A DNA stretch of 64,000 nucleotides, from IMG/VR virus record IMGVR_UViG_3300045988_028354; one strand, given 5' to 3'. Made by a program: the position numbers and the translations under genes. The notes beneath the pieces were generated by a model, which was not told the DNA's origin, did no database searches, and saw only the letters and a program-made list of their open reading frames with translations. Positions 44,220 to 52,739 of this stretch are shown here, piece by piece; the first letter of the stretch is position 1; every line of letters starts with the position of its first letter. This DNA comes from a virus.

Positions 44220-44603
44220 TTATAATATCCTAATCGAAGTAGGGATTTCCTTAATTTCTAGGATTTCTATACTTGCATTTTCAAGAATGGCTCCAAGTTC
44301 TAAGGCATCCTTTATCTCTTGCTCAGTAAGATTGACAAAAGTTTGTTCTGCAACCATTTCTCGTCCATCTGAATAATTAACATATTTAAACTTTACAGTA
44401 CTGATAGTACCTTTTAGTTTTTTATCTAGCCTACCCTTAAAATCCTTAAGCCTACGTTTAAGATATTGAAGGTGAATAACATGGGTTTGATATTTACCTC
44501 TCTTATGAGGAGGAGTAACCTTAATCATATACCGAGTATATTCCATATCTTTTAATACGGCTTGAATACCCTGTATAATGGTTCTTAAATTCATTTCTTC
44601 CAT
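44220..44603 (-). CDS. hypothetical protein
   Basis: 127 aa. The alternative ATG at 44594 forms an ATGA overlap with the upstream stop. Confidence 0.6.
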   Translation of the reverse strand: MEEMNLRTIIQGIQAVLKDMEYTRYMIKVTPPHKRGKYQTHVIHLQYLKRRLKDFKGRLDKKLKGTISTVKFKYVNYSDGREMVAEQTFVNLTEQEIKDALELGAILENASIEILEIKEIPTSIRIL

Positions 44604-44809
44604 GATGGTCTTGGTATTGGTTTATTTTCGATTGCCATTTCGGTTAGCATTTCTTTGGCTTCTTTAATAATTAATTCAGAGAGTTCCCTTTCTTCATTCG
44701 ATAAGGGAGGGTCCATATCTTTATCTTCTAGTGCATTAGTATAATTCTGAATAAGATTATCTAATGCAAGGATAGTTATATTCTTTCTGATTTCTCTTTT
44801 GTCTTCCAT
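44591..44809 (-). CDS. hypothetical protein
   Basis: 72 aa. Confidence 0.55.
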   Translation of the reverse strand: MEDKREIRKNITILALDNLIQNYTNALEDKDMDPPLSNEERELSELIIKEAKEMLTEMAIENKPIPRPSWKK

Positions 44810-44826
44810 AACGTATAAAATAAATA

Positions 44827-44856
44827 AAGCCTACTACCTTCTCAGGCAATAGGCTT
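44827..44856 (-). terminator. intrinsic terminator
   Basis: 7-bp stem aagccta / taggctt. Minus-strand RNA is followed by UUUAUUUAUUUU. Confidence 0.55.
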
Positions 44857-44922
44857 CCAATAATTTTTGAAATACTAATAAACTATGCAAACCATTAGCG
44901 ATGTTCTCGCTAGGGTAGAAGT

Positions 44923-45306
44923 TTAATCTTCGTCTCCGGCTTCCTCTTCTTCGCCCTTAGCCTTTTTAGCTTTCGGGTTACAGATAATACCGTGTCCTTT
45001 TTTGGATTTTACGGTTAGATTGCCCGGTACGAATGTTACGGATGTAGAAGTTGGTTTACCGTCGATAACCAGAACTGATGTTACCACCACTCCCTGATAT
45101 CCTTCTTTGTTCTTTACTGCGTAACCGTAGTTCTGAACTTCGGATTTATCATTGATTTTGATAACATCAATCTGCTTGCTGTTTGGACGTTGCTCTGCAG
45201 GACGGTTTTTCAAAGCTTCCATACGGGCTTTACGTTTTGCTTCTTTCTCAGCATCTTTTTCTTTGCCACCTTTCTTCTTGGTGTCTTCTTTTTTCTTAGT
45301 TGCCAT
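44923..45306 (-). CDS. protein with lysine-rich N-terminus, beta core and acidic tail
   Basis: 127 aa: MATKKKEDTKKKGGKEK... ...KGEEEEAGDED. Confidence 0.65.
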   Translation of the reverse strand: MATKKKEDTKKKGGKEKDAEKEAKRKARMEALKNRPAEQRPNSKQIDVIKINDKSEVQNYGYAVKNKEGYQGVVVTSVLVIDGKPTSTSVTFVPGNLTVKSKKGHGIICNPKAKKAKGEEEEAGDED

Positions 45307-45359
45307 AATCTTTTAAGTTTTAGTTTTATTTAATAGAACAATAGTTATTTCTTATGATA

Positions 45360-45388
45360 AAGGTGGGCTATTGCTTTAGCCCAACCTT
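45360..45388 (-). terminator. hairpin terminator
   Basis: aggtgggct / agccca(a)cct, 10 bp with one bulge, 18 nt after the stop of 45406..45939. Confidence 0.5.
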
Positions 45389-45405
45389 CATAGCCGGAGA
45401 ATGAA

Positions 45406-45939
45406 TTACTTCTTTCCTTTTTTGCCTTTACCTTTGGTTTCTTTCTTTGCCGGGAGTTTGAGACCCAATTCTTTGGCAATTGCTTTGCGAAGTTTTTCGA
45501 TATCGTCTTCTTCGTAATCGTCCGGGTCTGTTTCGAGGTCTTTGTCATCGCAAACATCTTCCAGTTCTTCGAAGTCCATTTCGGCAAGAGCTTCACCGGT
45601 TAATTCTTCTTCCTCTTCGTCCTCATCTTCCTCTTCGTCCTCATCTTCATCGTCGTCCGAGTCTTCATCATCCTCGTCATCTTCATCTTCTTCATCATCA
45701 TCGTCGTCATCCTCATCGGAATCTTCGTCATCGTCCTCTTCGTCCTCATCTTCCTCTTCGTCGTCATCATCTTCCTCTTCTGAAGCAAAGAAGTCTTTTG
45801 CTTCTTCGGCAGACAACATGATAGGAGCCGGGATAATTTTTACTGAGCCATCCTCGTAAGTAATAATGATTGCACCATTAATCTCTTTGCGAGATACTTC
45901 CTTTAACTCTACCTTTTTGGTTTCTTTTTTCTTAGCCAT
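45406..45939 (-). CDS. polyacidic protein
   Basis: 177 aa. Basic ends (MAKKKETKK..., ...KKETKGKGKKGKK) flank an uninterrupted ~60-residue D/E tract, part of a longer acidic central region. Confidence 0.7.
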   Translation of the reverse strand: MAKKKETKKVELKEVSRKEINGAIIITYEDGSVKIIPAPIMLSAEEAKDFFASEEEDDDDEEEDEDEEDDDEDSDEDDDDDDEEDEDDEDDEDSDDDEDEDEEEDEDEEEEELTGEALAEMDFEELEDVCDDKDLETDPDDYEEDDIEKLRKAIAKELGLKLPAKKETKGKGKKGKK

Positions 45940-45977
45940 TTTCGTAAATGTTTAAATGTTAATAATCAATAGTTATA

Positions 45978-46217
45978 TCACTCTGTTATAAGTTTCTTGT
46001 ATTTTCTTTCGCTTCCCGTAAGATAAGCAAATGCAATATTATATTGTTTTACCTCATCAATTACGGTCTTTAGTTCTTCTTGAGATTCTATCTTTACATC
46101 TTCTGTATCGATAATTTCATCTTGGTCATTATAGGTATTAACCTTAAAGGATTTACCCATGAACGGATTTAATTGTTTATGTACCTTTACTTCCGGTACT
46201 GGGTTTTTAGTTTCCAT
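45978..46217 (-). CDS. hypothetical protein
   Basis: 79 aa. Confidence 0.55.
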   Translation of the reverse strand: METKNPVPEVKVHKQLNPFMGKSFKVNTYNDQDEIIDTEDVKIESQEELKTVIDEVKQYNIAFAYLTGSERKYKKLITE

Positions 46218-46842
46218 TGCTGTATTTAATTTTAATTATTCCAGGAATACCAACCTTACCAAATACTTCGGTATAGAATTTGTATTTTGGATTTTGCATT
46301 GATTTATAGTTATCAGCTAATCTCATGGGAAATACCCAATATTCATTTTCTAGCATCCTGTTTGTCATAATGTAGGCATATTTACTTCTCATCCTATATT
46401 TGCTTACAGGAGTGAATCCCTGAAATCTTAAAGCTTTTACTAAGAACCTTTCTTTTGGTTGCCATCCCAAATGATTTAAAGATTCATCATAAAAGATATC
46501 AAGCATATCCCTTTGTGCTTTGATAAATAGTACTTTCTGTATCGGGATATCTAATTTCTTTCTTAGATACAAGGCCAAGGAACATACCAATGGAGGATAT
46601 TGCAAAGAAAAAATATTATATTTATTCTTTTCCTCTTGACTCAGCCTGTTGTAAATCCTGTAAGATAGCAGAATGGATTTGTATTCTCTTCTTCCGGATA
46701 TACTTGGAAGATATACCTTCCCGTTGTCCATACAATTTTTGTGAGTATCTTTCATTGAATACCTTCTTTCCTTTTGATTTAAAAACCCGGTGCATTTGAA
46801 CCATGAACCTTCGTCTTCTGTGTTTATCAATTTTATATTCAT
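46207..46842 (-). CDS. hypothetical protein (5-prime part overlaps the upstream ORF out of frame)
   Basis: 211-aa ORF with ATG. Its first 73 codons overlap 46622..47185 in the +1 frame. Confidence 0.45.
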   Translation of the reverse strand: MNIKLINTEDEGSWFKCTGFLNQKERRYSMKDTHKNCMDNGKVYLPSISGRREYKSILLSYRIYNRLSQEEKNKYNIFSLQYPPLVCSLALYLRKKLDIPIQKVLFIKAQRDMLDIFYDESLNHLGWQPKERFLVKALRFQGFTPVSKYRMRSKYAYIMTNRMLENEYWVFPMRLADNYKSMQNPKYKFYTEVFGKVGIPGIIKIKYSNGN

Positions 46843-47185
46843 CCGGGATAATAAACTTCCTGGCTTTTACTAATCTCCCTTTATACCAGAATTTAGTAGA
46901 ACCAGATTTATGTCTTAGACCATTCATATCTTGAAGTGTTCTTATCCCTTGCCTAAGTAATTTCCTGCCTGATATGATATGAATATATTGAAGAACATCT
47001 ACTCCGTATATATAAACCAAAGTCTTTTTTATTTGATACCTTGTGAAATAAGGTATACCGGTTAAGTGTTTCCGATATAAACTTTTTTCGGTAATATATT
47101 TATTGGTTGTATCTGGTCTCCATGTCCATATATAATATCTATCTTCTCGGATTGGTTCCCTACTACTTTCCTTTAGCTTTACCAT
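46622..47185 (-). CDS. hypothetical basic protein (3-prime part overlaps the downstream ORF)
   Basis: 187-aa ORF with ATG. Confidence 0.45.
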   Translation of the reverse strand: MVKLKESSREPIREDRYYIWTWRPDTTNKYITEKSLYRKHLTGIPYFTRYQIKKTLVYIYGVDVLQYIHIISGRKLLRQGIRTLQDMNGLRHKSGSTKFWYKGRLVKARKFIIPDEYKIDKHRRRRFMVQMHRVFKSKGKKVFNERYSQKLYGQREGISSKYIRKKRIQIHSAILQDLQQAESRGKE

Positions 47186-47741
47186 TGTTCATAGTCCTCC
47201 TTGCAGTTCTAAACCAAAGTGTTATTGATTTATCGTTTGCATCTGGGAACTTCTTTTTCATCCTTCTAGTTACTCTTTCTAAATCGTAACCCTTTGCAAC
47301 CAATGACCATACATAGGATTTCTTAGTTCCCTTGATGAGATTAAATTCATCCCTTTCTCTTGGTGGTTTCTTTTCTCTGGGCTTTTTTATTCCTGGAACC
47401 CTTTTTGATTTCCTTTGCCCATTTTCTCCTTCTTCTCCGAGAAACCCAAGCCTTAATTTCGAATTCCTTAGAGGGTCATCTTTTGAATAACCTATGTTCT
47501 CCAATTGTTTATCCATCCAATCATCATATTGGTCAATCAATGATTTGTCTGGTTTATTAGTTGACCTTTCGATATAACCAATTAAATCGAAAACTCCAGC
47601 AGCACATGCATCAGGGAAAGGCATACCCAATACTATGGCTTTTCTTTTTAAATCCCTGTAAGTCATATTTCTCCCGGCTGAACCAAGGAAACTGGCTTTT
47701 TCTTTTGAGGGTACTGGTTTATTCTTTTTGTTCTTTCTCAT
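47163..47741 (-). CDS. hypothetical basic protein
   Basis: ATG at 47741 (MRKNKKNK...), 22 nt after the -7 box. The track start at 47765 is TTG inside the box. Confidence 0.6.
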   Translation of the reverse strand: MRKNKKNKPVPSKEKASFLGSAGRNMTYRDLKRKAIVLGMPFPDACAAGVFDLIGYIERSTNKPDKSLIDQYDDWMDKQLENIGYSKDDPLRNSKLRLGFLGEEGENGQRKSKRVPGIKKPREKKPPRERDEFNLIKGTKKSYVWSLVAKGYDLERVTRRMKKKFPDANDKSITLWFRTARRTMNNGKAKGK

Positions 47742-47762
47742 ATCTTTTATTTTAATTTGTTG

Positions 47763-47825
47763 CAAATATAATACTTTTTATTTATATAGAAAAATATTTT
47801 TATCTATTTTTATAAAAAGCTGAGG
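47763..47825 (-). promoter_or_regulatory. promoter with CCTCAG box
   Basis: Plus caaatata at 47763..47770 and ctgagg at 47820..47825; offset 57. The box lies inside the 3-prime end of 47800..48789. Confidence 0.6.
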
Positions 47826-48789
47826 TATCTGATATGCGTTCAGCAGCCGTTGATTTAGGCTTTTTCTTTCTTTTCTTTTTAACCTTATCGGCATTGAAGG
47901 CCATATCAAGTTTCTTAATACTGAATTCTATATTATTCACTTGATTATAGTTAACTGCTTTTTCCACGCAGCATCTGTACTCAGGCCAGAAGCGTTGTCC
48001 TAATTTTACATCAACTGTTTTAATCATAAACTTGGATACCATGAAGCCAAATGTATCTGCATCGTCTTTCTTTTCGAATACATACATATAGAATCTACTA
48101 AATTCACTAACTACCTCGTCTAAAGGTCTTACTGGCATTAGCAAATATCCATCTGTATATAATTCTTCAGATATTAAGCATACCCAGTATTTCTTCTTAC
48201 CAGGCTTTACTTTATATCTAAACCTTTCTTTCAGTTTTGTGTGCATCCATTCTGGTACTCGGTTTAAAAGGTATTTGATGTATATCTTGTCCTTCTTATT
48301 CAACCGTCTCTTAAATGCAGAAGGTTGTTGTAGCATTCTTGGTAGAATCCTAAAGTTATTCCACCTATCGAACTCTAGAATTAACCTCATTGAATCTAAG
48401 TCCCATGGGTCTTCTGATTCTTTGAGTCTTTTCATATTCCTTTCGATATTACTATTGCTTACCTTTGAAAGTAAGTTAGAAGAGTCTCCAGTATATAGAC
48501 TTGCTTCTTTCCTTGTTAATCTCTTTTCAATACATCCTTCAATAAAATCACAAAAGCTTCGTTCGCAAGGGCAGTCAGGTCGAAAAATAGAAGTGTGTAA
48601 CTCGAAAAAATCAGAGAATAATCTGAAGAACTTTTCTGACCTTTCTCTGATTTCTAAATACTTGTAATGTGACAACTTTAAAATTTCACCAGCTTCCCAT
48701 GAGGATTTGCTTTCTGATAACTGAAGGAATAAAGACTGCCTCTCTATTTCATTTAAGCAGTCCCAAGCTTTCTTCTGAGCATCGTTCAT
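47800..48789 (-). CDS. putative transcription factor with sigma-70 region-4-like N-terminus
   Basis: LNEIERQSLFLQLSESKSSWEAGEILKLSHYKYLEIRERSEKFFR resembles the region 4.2 HTH pattern (L...ER.V..L....G.S..EIA..LG.S..TV......A..KL). The remaining ~260 aa are unassigned. Confidence 0.45.
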   Translation of the reverse strand: MNDAQKKAWDCLNEIERQSLFLQLSESKSSWEAGEILKLSHYKYLEIRERSEKFFRLFSDFFELHTSIFRPDCPCERSFCDFIEGCIEKRLTRKEASLYTGDSSNLLSKVSNSNIERNMKRLKESEDPWDLDSMRLILEFDRWNNFRILPRMLQQPSAFKRRLNKKDKIYIKYLLNRVPEWMHTKLKERFRYKVKPGKKKYWVCLISEELYTDGYLLMPVRPLDEVVSEFSRFYMYVFEKKDDADTFGFMVSKFMIKTVDVKLGQRFWPEYRCCVEKAVNYNQVNNIEFSIKKLDMAFNADKVKKKRKKKPKSTAAERISDTSAFYKNR

Positions 48790-48790
48790 A

Positions 48791-49504
48791 TTAATTCCTC
48801 CTAAAATCCATTATTTTATCTATTGATTCACTTGTTATCTCATTTGGGTCATAATCTTGGGAGTTAGCATATAACTTATCTGGGTCATAATTCTGGTACA
48901 CGCTATAGATTACGTTATCAAAAGGTAACCATATTTCCATTTTACCCATTTCCGGATATAAAAGAAGTTGTACCATTTTATTTATGTGGTCTATACCTAA
49001 TACCGTAGCATCTACTCCTTCATAAGGATAGCCTTTAAGTACTAAGTAATCTCCTATCTTAACATTCATCAAATCGTCTACAGAGTATTTCTTTCCTTCT
49101 TTTGCCATTCTCTTAAACCTTTTAACATCATTTCTGGTGCATGTAGCTACCAATGAGAAATCATCAAAGTCTTCAGAGTTATCTATTCTAGCTTTCTTCT
49201 TTCTTTCATGAAGAGTCTCTGTAGACTTTAACCAAGTTCTTATACCTGATATACTTCTCTTCAATTTGTTTAGAAAAGGTCTAGAGTACGCTAACTCTGT
49301 AGGCATCTTGATAAAACCATAGTTGAATAAGATAGGTACTTCTTCGAATATCATCTTACCCTTTGCGGTTTTCTTTAAAACGTTTATCGTAGGGATAATG
49401 GCACGTACTTTTTTATATCCCTTTTCTTTAAGTTCTTTATTAATGTTCTGATAATACTTTCGTTCTATGTAGAAGATACAATAAGAATAAGGGATACGTT
49501 TCAT
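48791..49504 (-). CDS. NusG/Spt5-like protein (NGN + KOW)
   Basis: YCIFYIERKYYQNINKELKEKGYKKVRAIIPTINVLKKTAKGKMIFEEVPILFNYGFIKM is NGN-like. KIGDYLVLKGYPYEGVDATVLGIDHINKMVQLLL is KOW-like. Confidence 0.55.
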   Translation of the reverse strand: MKRIPYSYCIFYIERKYYQNINKELKEKGYKKVRAIIPTINVLKKTAKGKMIFEEVPILFNYGFIKMPTELAYSRPFLNKLKRSISGIRTWLKSTETLHERKKKARIDNSEDFDDFSLVATCTRNDVKRFKRMAKEGKKYSVDDLMNVKIGDYLVLKGYPYEGVDATVLGIDHINKMVQLLLYPEMGKMEIWLPFDNVIYSVYQNYDPDKLYANSQDYDPNEITSESIDKIMDFRRN

Positions 49505-49505
49505 A

Positions 49506-50033
49506 TTATTTCTTTTTAATGATTAACTTAGCTTGCTTATGTACTTGCTTATAATTAACATTCTCCAGAATATCACTTGCAAGAAATACATAAAGATTAA
49601 CTGAAGTACTGATTGACATACTGGGTTTTTTAGATTGTGCCCATATAAAATCTCCCAGAGTACCAGGTCCCCCTTCTACTACAAAGAAAAATTCATTTGC
49701 AGGCATAGAGTTATACCTCATACATAATATAGGGAGTTTATTTGCCCTTTTAGCATCCTTACTTGCTTGTTCCCAAAATCTTAGGATATCACAAGTTTTA
49801 TTTCCAAGCAGTACATGTTCGAATTTGATATCTTTGTAATTTTTACATTCGATAGATATCTTACAGCGATGAGCATGTTTTTCATCTGTACAGGTTAAAT
49901 CAGAAGTGGCATCCTTATTAGAATGCCAAGCTCCTGAACCTGCCCGATTCCTTTCAAATTTGAACCCAGTCCACTGAGTAAACCAGGCTCCTATTTTTCT
50001 TTCAAATCTGTTTCCTTTATTTTTTGAGTTCAT
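49506..50033 (-). CDS. PD-(D/E)xK nuclease, Hjc-like Holliday-junction resolvase candidate
   Basis: KGNRFERKIGAWF opening (compare Hjc KGS.FER.L...L), then SD...ISIECK as the D...E.K catalytic pattern. Confidence 0.55.
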   Translation of the reverse strand: MNSKNKGNRFERKIGAWFTQWTGFKFERNRAGSGAWHSNKDATSDLTCTDEKHAHRCKISIECKNYKDIKFEHVLLGNKTCDILRFWEQASKDAKRANKLPILCMRYNSMPANEFFFVVEGGPGTLGDFIWAQSKKPSMSISTSVNLYVFLASDILENVNYKQVHKQAKLIIKKK

Positions 50034-50058
50034 AGGTTAATGTCTTGTAGTTATAACA

Positions 50059-51771
50059 TTATAGTAAATTATAACTACTTAGGCCATTGACTTTTTCGAC
50101 TTGCAGGATTTTCGTATTTGATAGAGGAAGAGAATCCAAATGGGTAATTAAGAATAAGGTTTTATCTGCAAAGGTATGTCTGATTAAAGAAGTTACTACC
50201 TCTATGTTATCTGAGCTTAATGATTCGAATACCTCATCCAAAAAGGCAAGGTTTATACCCTTAGACATTGTAAGAGATTCATTCATTGCAAATGCCATTG
50301 CCACATTTACCAATTGTTTTTCTCCACCGCTAAGTTCATCATAATCAATAATTTGCCCATCTCTTTCAATTAAAGTAAAAAATTCTTTTCTAGCAGTACC
50401 CAGGTCTATGTTAAATTCAATCCTAAATCCCAATACTTGAGAGTATTTATCAAGGGTTCTATTTAACATATCCAGTGATGAATCGAATAAGTAAGCCTTT
50501 ATTCCGTTGTTACCGAGAGGGTCATTGATTAACCAATTGTAGTTTTCTAACTCCAACTCTTTATTGTGGTAATCCTCATCTACCTTACGAAGAGTTTTTC
50601 TAATCTCTTTAAGTTTCTCTTTATATTTAGGAGACATAACCTTAAGTTTCTCTTGTTTGAGCTTTTCCAACTCCTCGTCAATATCAGCAATATCAGAAGC
50701 AATATCATCGCATTCTTTTTGAAGTCTCTTATACTTCTCATTCGTAGTTCTCAACTCATCCAATCTACCCAGAGCATCCTCATATTCTTCTTGTAGTTTG
50801 TCTGAGTTTATAATTGCTTTATAGATAATATCTACGCTCTCTTTAGCACGTTTGTAGTGGCCTTTATCTAACTGTATCTTGAGTTTCTTTACAAAATCCG
50901 GTAATGATACTCCTGAAATATTACGGTTGTGTTTTATTTTAGATTTAAGACCATCTACATAATCAGTATGTTTCTTAATCTTAATCCTAAGACTCTGCTC
51001 TACCTCGTCCTTAAGTTGTTGCTGTTTTTTAATAAGTTGCTTAGTTAGGTCTTCCCTATCTTTCTTTAATTCTCTACGTTCTGACTTTATTTTTTCTTTG
51101 AAACCTTTCTCTCTATCACGTAAATCAAAGTAAGCTTCTTTATTTGCTTCAAGTTCTTTCTTTAATAAAGCAGATTGGTGTTCTACTTCGTTTGCCTGAG
51201 CTAATAGGTTATTTTTATCCTGCATAGCTATACCTTTGGCAATATTAAGAAATTCTAAATCAAATACTTCTTCGAATATCTTCTTCTTATCTGAATTAGA
51301 TTCTTGTATCAGTCGTTTAATACCCTGACCAAACATAATGGAGTTCATGAATAAAGTGTAAGATAAGCCAAGCTCTGCATTAATGGCATCTTGGAGTTTA
51401 TTCTTACCCTTTACATTCACTACCTCGTTGTCTTTCATAATGATAAGCCTATCTTTACCTTTAGCTCCATCCTCAAGAACTATATTGCATTTCTGGCATC
51501 TGATAATTTTATAGATATGTTCTCCTTTTTGAAAGAATACCTCTACCATTACTCCCTGGTAATCTTTAGGTCTTACCTTTTCCCAGGTAGTTACTTCTGA
51601 TACTCCTTTTAGGTTTTTACCATATATTGCCCATACCAATGCCGATAAGATAGTTGATTTACCTTTACCATTCGGTGCCTTGATAAGTATGGTACAACTT
51701 GGGTTTAAAGGTATATGTAGGTTTTCTATTGAACAGAATCCTACTACGTTCATTGTTGTAAATGTTAACAT
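50059..51771 (-). CDS. sbcC: SbcC/Rad50-like ATPase (T4 gp46 analogue)
   Basis: Walker A APNGKGKST, long central coiled coil, signature LSGGEKQ, Walker B LAFLDEVF, H-loop LFLITHL. Confidence 0.85.
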   Translation of the reverse strand: MLTFTTMNVVGFCSIENLHIPLNPSCTILIKAPNGKGKSTILSALVWAIYGKNLKGVSEVTTWEKVRPKDYQGVMVEVFFQKGEHIYKIIRCQKCNIVLEDGAKGKDRLIIMKDNEVVNVKGKNKLQDAINAELGLSYTLFMNSIMFGQGIKRLIQESNSDKKKIFEEVFDLEFLNIAKGIAMQDKNNLLAQANEVEHQSALLKKELEANKEAYFDLRDREKGFKEKIKSERRELKKDREDLTKQLIKKQQQLKDEVEQSLRIKIKKHTDYVDGLKSKIKHNRNISGVSLPDFVKKLKIQLDKGHYKRAKESVDIIYKAIINSDKLQEEYEDALGRLDELRTTNEKYKRLQKECDDIASDIADIDEELEKLKQEKLKVMSPKYKEKLKEIRKTLRKVDEDYHNKELELENYNWLINDPLGNNGIKAYLFDSSLDMLNRTLDKYSQVLGFRIEFNIDLGTARKEFFTLIERDGQIIDYDELSGGEKQLVNVAMAFAMNESLTMSKGINLAFLDEVFESLSSDNIEVVTSLIRHTFADKTLFLITHLDSLPLSNTKILQVEKVNGLSSYNLL

Positions 51772-52739
51772 GATTCAGCTTTTTTAAGTATGTCAATCAG
51801 TAGTTCTTTCTTATCTTGTTCAGTTATACCTTTTTCCTTAAGATACTTCCTTGCTAGAGCTTTCTTAGAAAGTTGCTTAGTAATTTTATGGTTAGTATTT
51901 ACTAAGTTACTAGTTTTCTTAGGTAAAACGGTATAATAATTGCCATCATCCCTAATATCTTCATCAGATTCTACATCTACGAATTTAGGAAATTGCTTAA
52001 GGTGTACAAATTGCATTGATAAGTCTGAATAAATCTTCCAATAACCCAATTTACAATCTCTATCTGTTCTCCTTTGATGATTAGGTGCTCCTATCATATA
52101 AACCTTCTTTGATAGTCTTTGAGGTTTATGTATATGACCACATAATACCAAGTCAAATCGATTCAAGATATTTACATTGAGATTTTCTACAGAATCAACT
52201 TCCCTACCATCGGTATCCTTTGCTCCGGGATAGTCAGTATGAAGAAGAAGTATGTTCCTTACATTCTTATCTAATTTTAGTTTCTTAAGATATTCACTTA
52301 AACCTACATTATTATCAATGTATGGAACCCCATAAATGTGGTAATCTCCATAAGAACACCATTTGATTCTAGTTAGATTAACACAGCTCATAAAATTCTT
52401 ATGAAATACAAAAGGCCATCCCTTAGTTATCCTATCAATACGATTTACAGATTTCAAATCGTGATTCCCGTCTATATAAATCATTTTGAATTTTGGATAG
52501 TTACTCTCTAACCTATCAAACTGTTCAGCAACGAATATTGCTAAATCTTGGTCAATTGATTCTGGCTTATGAAATAAATCTCCACAAAACAAAGCAGGAC
52601 ATTTGTACTTTTCACATTGACCTGCAATAACGTCAAGGACCTTGATACTATTCAAGGTCCTATTGTTGTTCTCATTGAATTTTGCCCATAAATTGATGTG
52701 CAAATCCGAGAATGCTATAAATACTACTTCTTTACTCAT
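51765..52739 (-). CDS. sbcD: SbcD/Mre11-like nuclease (T4 gp47 analogue)
   Basis: Phosphoesterase motifs FSDLH, CGDLFH, DGNHD, LLLHTD, CGHIHKPQ. ATG at 52739 (the track start at 52751 is TTG). Confidence 0.85.
   Translation of the reverse strand: MSKEVVFIAFSDLHINLWAKFNENNNRTLNSIKVLDVIAGQCEKYKCPALFCGDLFHKPESIDQDLAIFVAEQFDRLESNYPKFKMIYIDGNHDLKSVNRIDRITKGWPFVFHKNFMSCVNLTRIKWCSYGDYHIYGVPYIDNNVGLSEYLKKLKLDKNVRNILLLHTDYPGAKDTDGREVDSVENLNVNILNRFDLVLCGHIHKPQRLSKKVYMIGAPNHQRRTDRDCKLGYWKIYSDLSMQFVHLKQFPKFVDVESDEDIRDDGNYYTVLPKKTSNLVNTNHKITKQLSKKALARKYLKEKGITEQDKKELLIDILKKAESC

Noticed and set aside
45480-45859. ORFs 45480..45821 and 45542..45859 (poly-Ser and His/Leu/Pro-rich), plus 45600..45788 and 45345..45596.
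   Set aside because: They are antisense or off-frame readings of the GA-rich DNA that encodes the polyacidic tract. They are composition artefacts.
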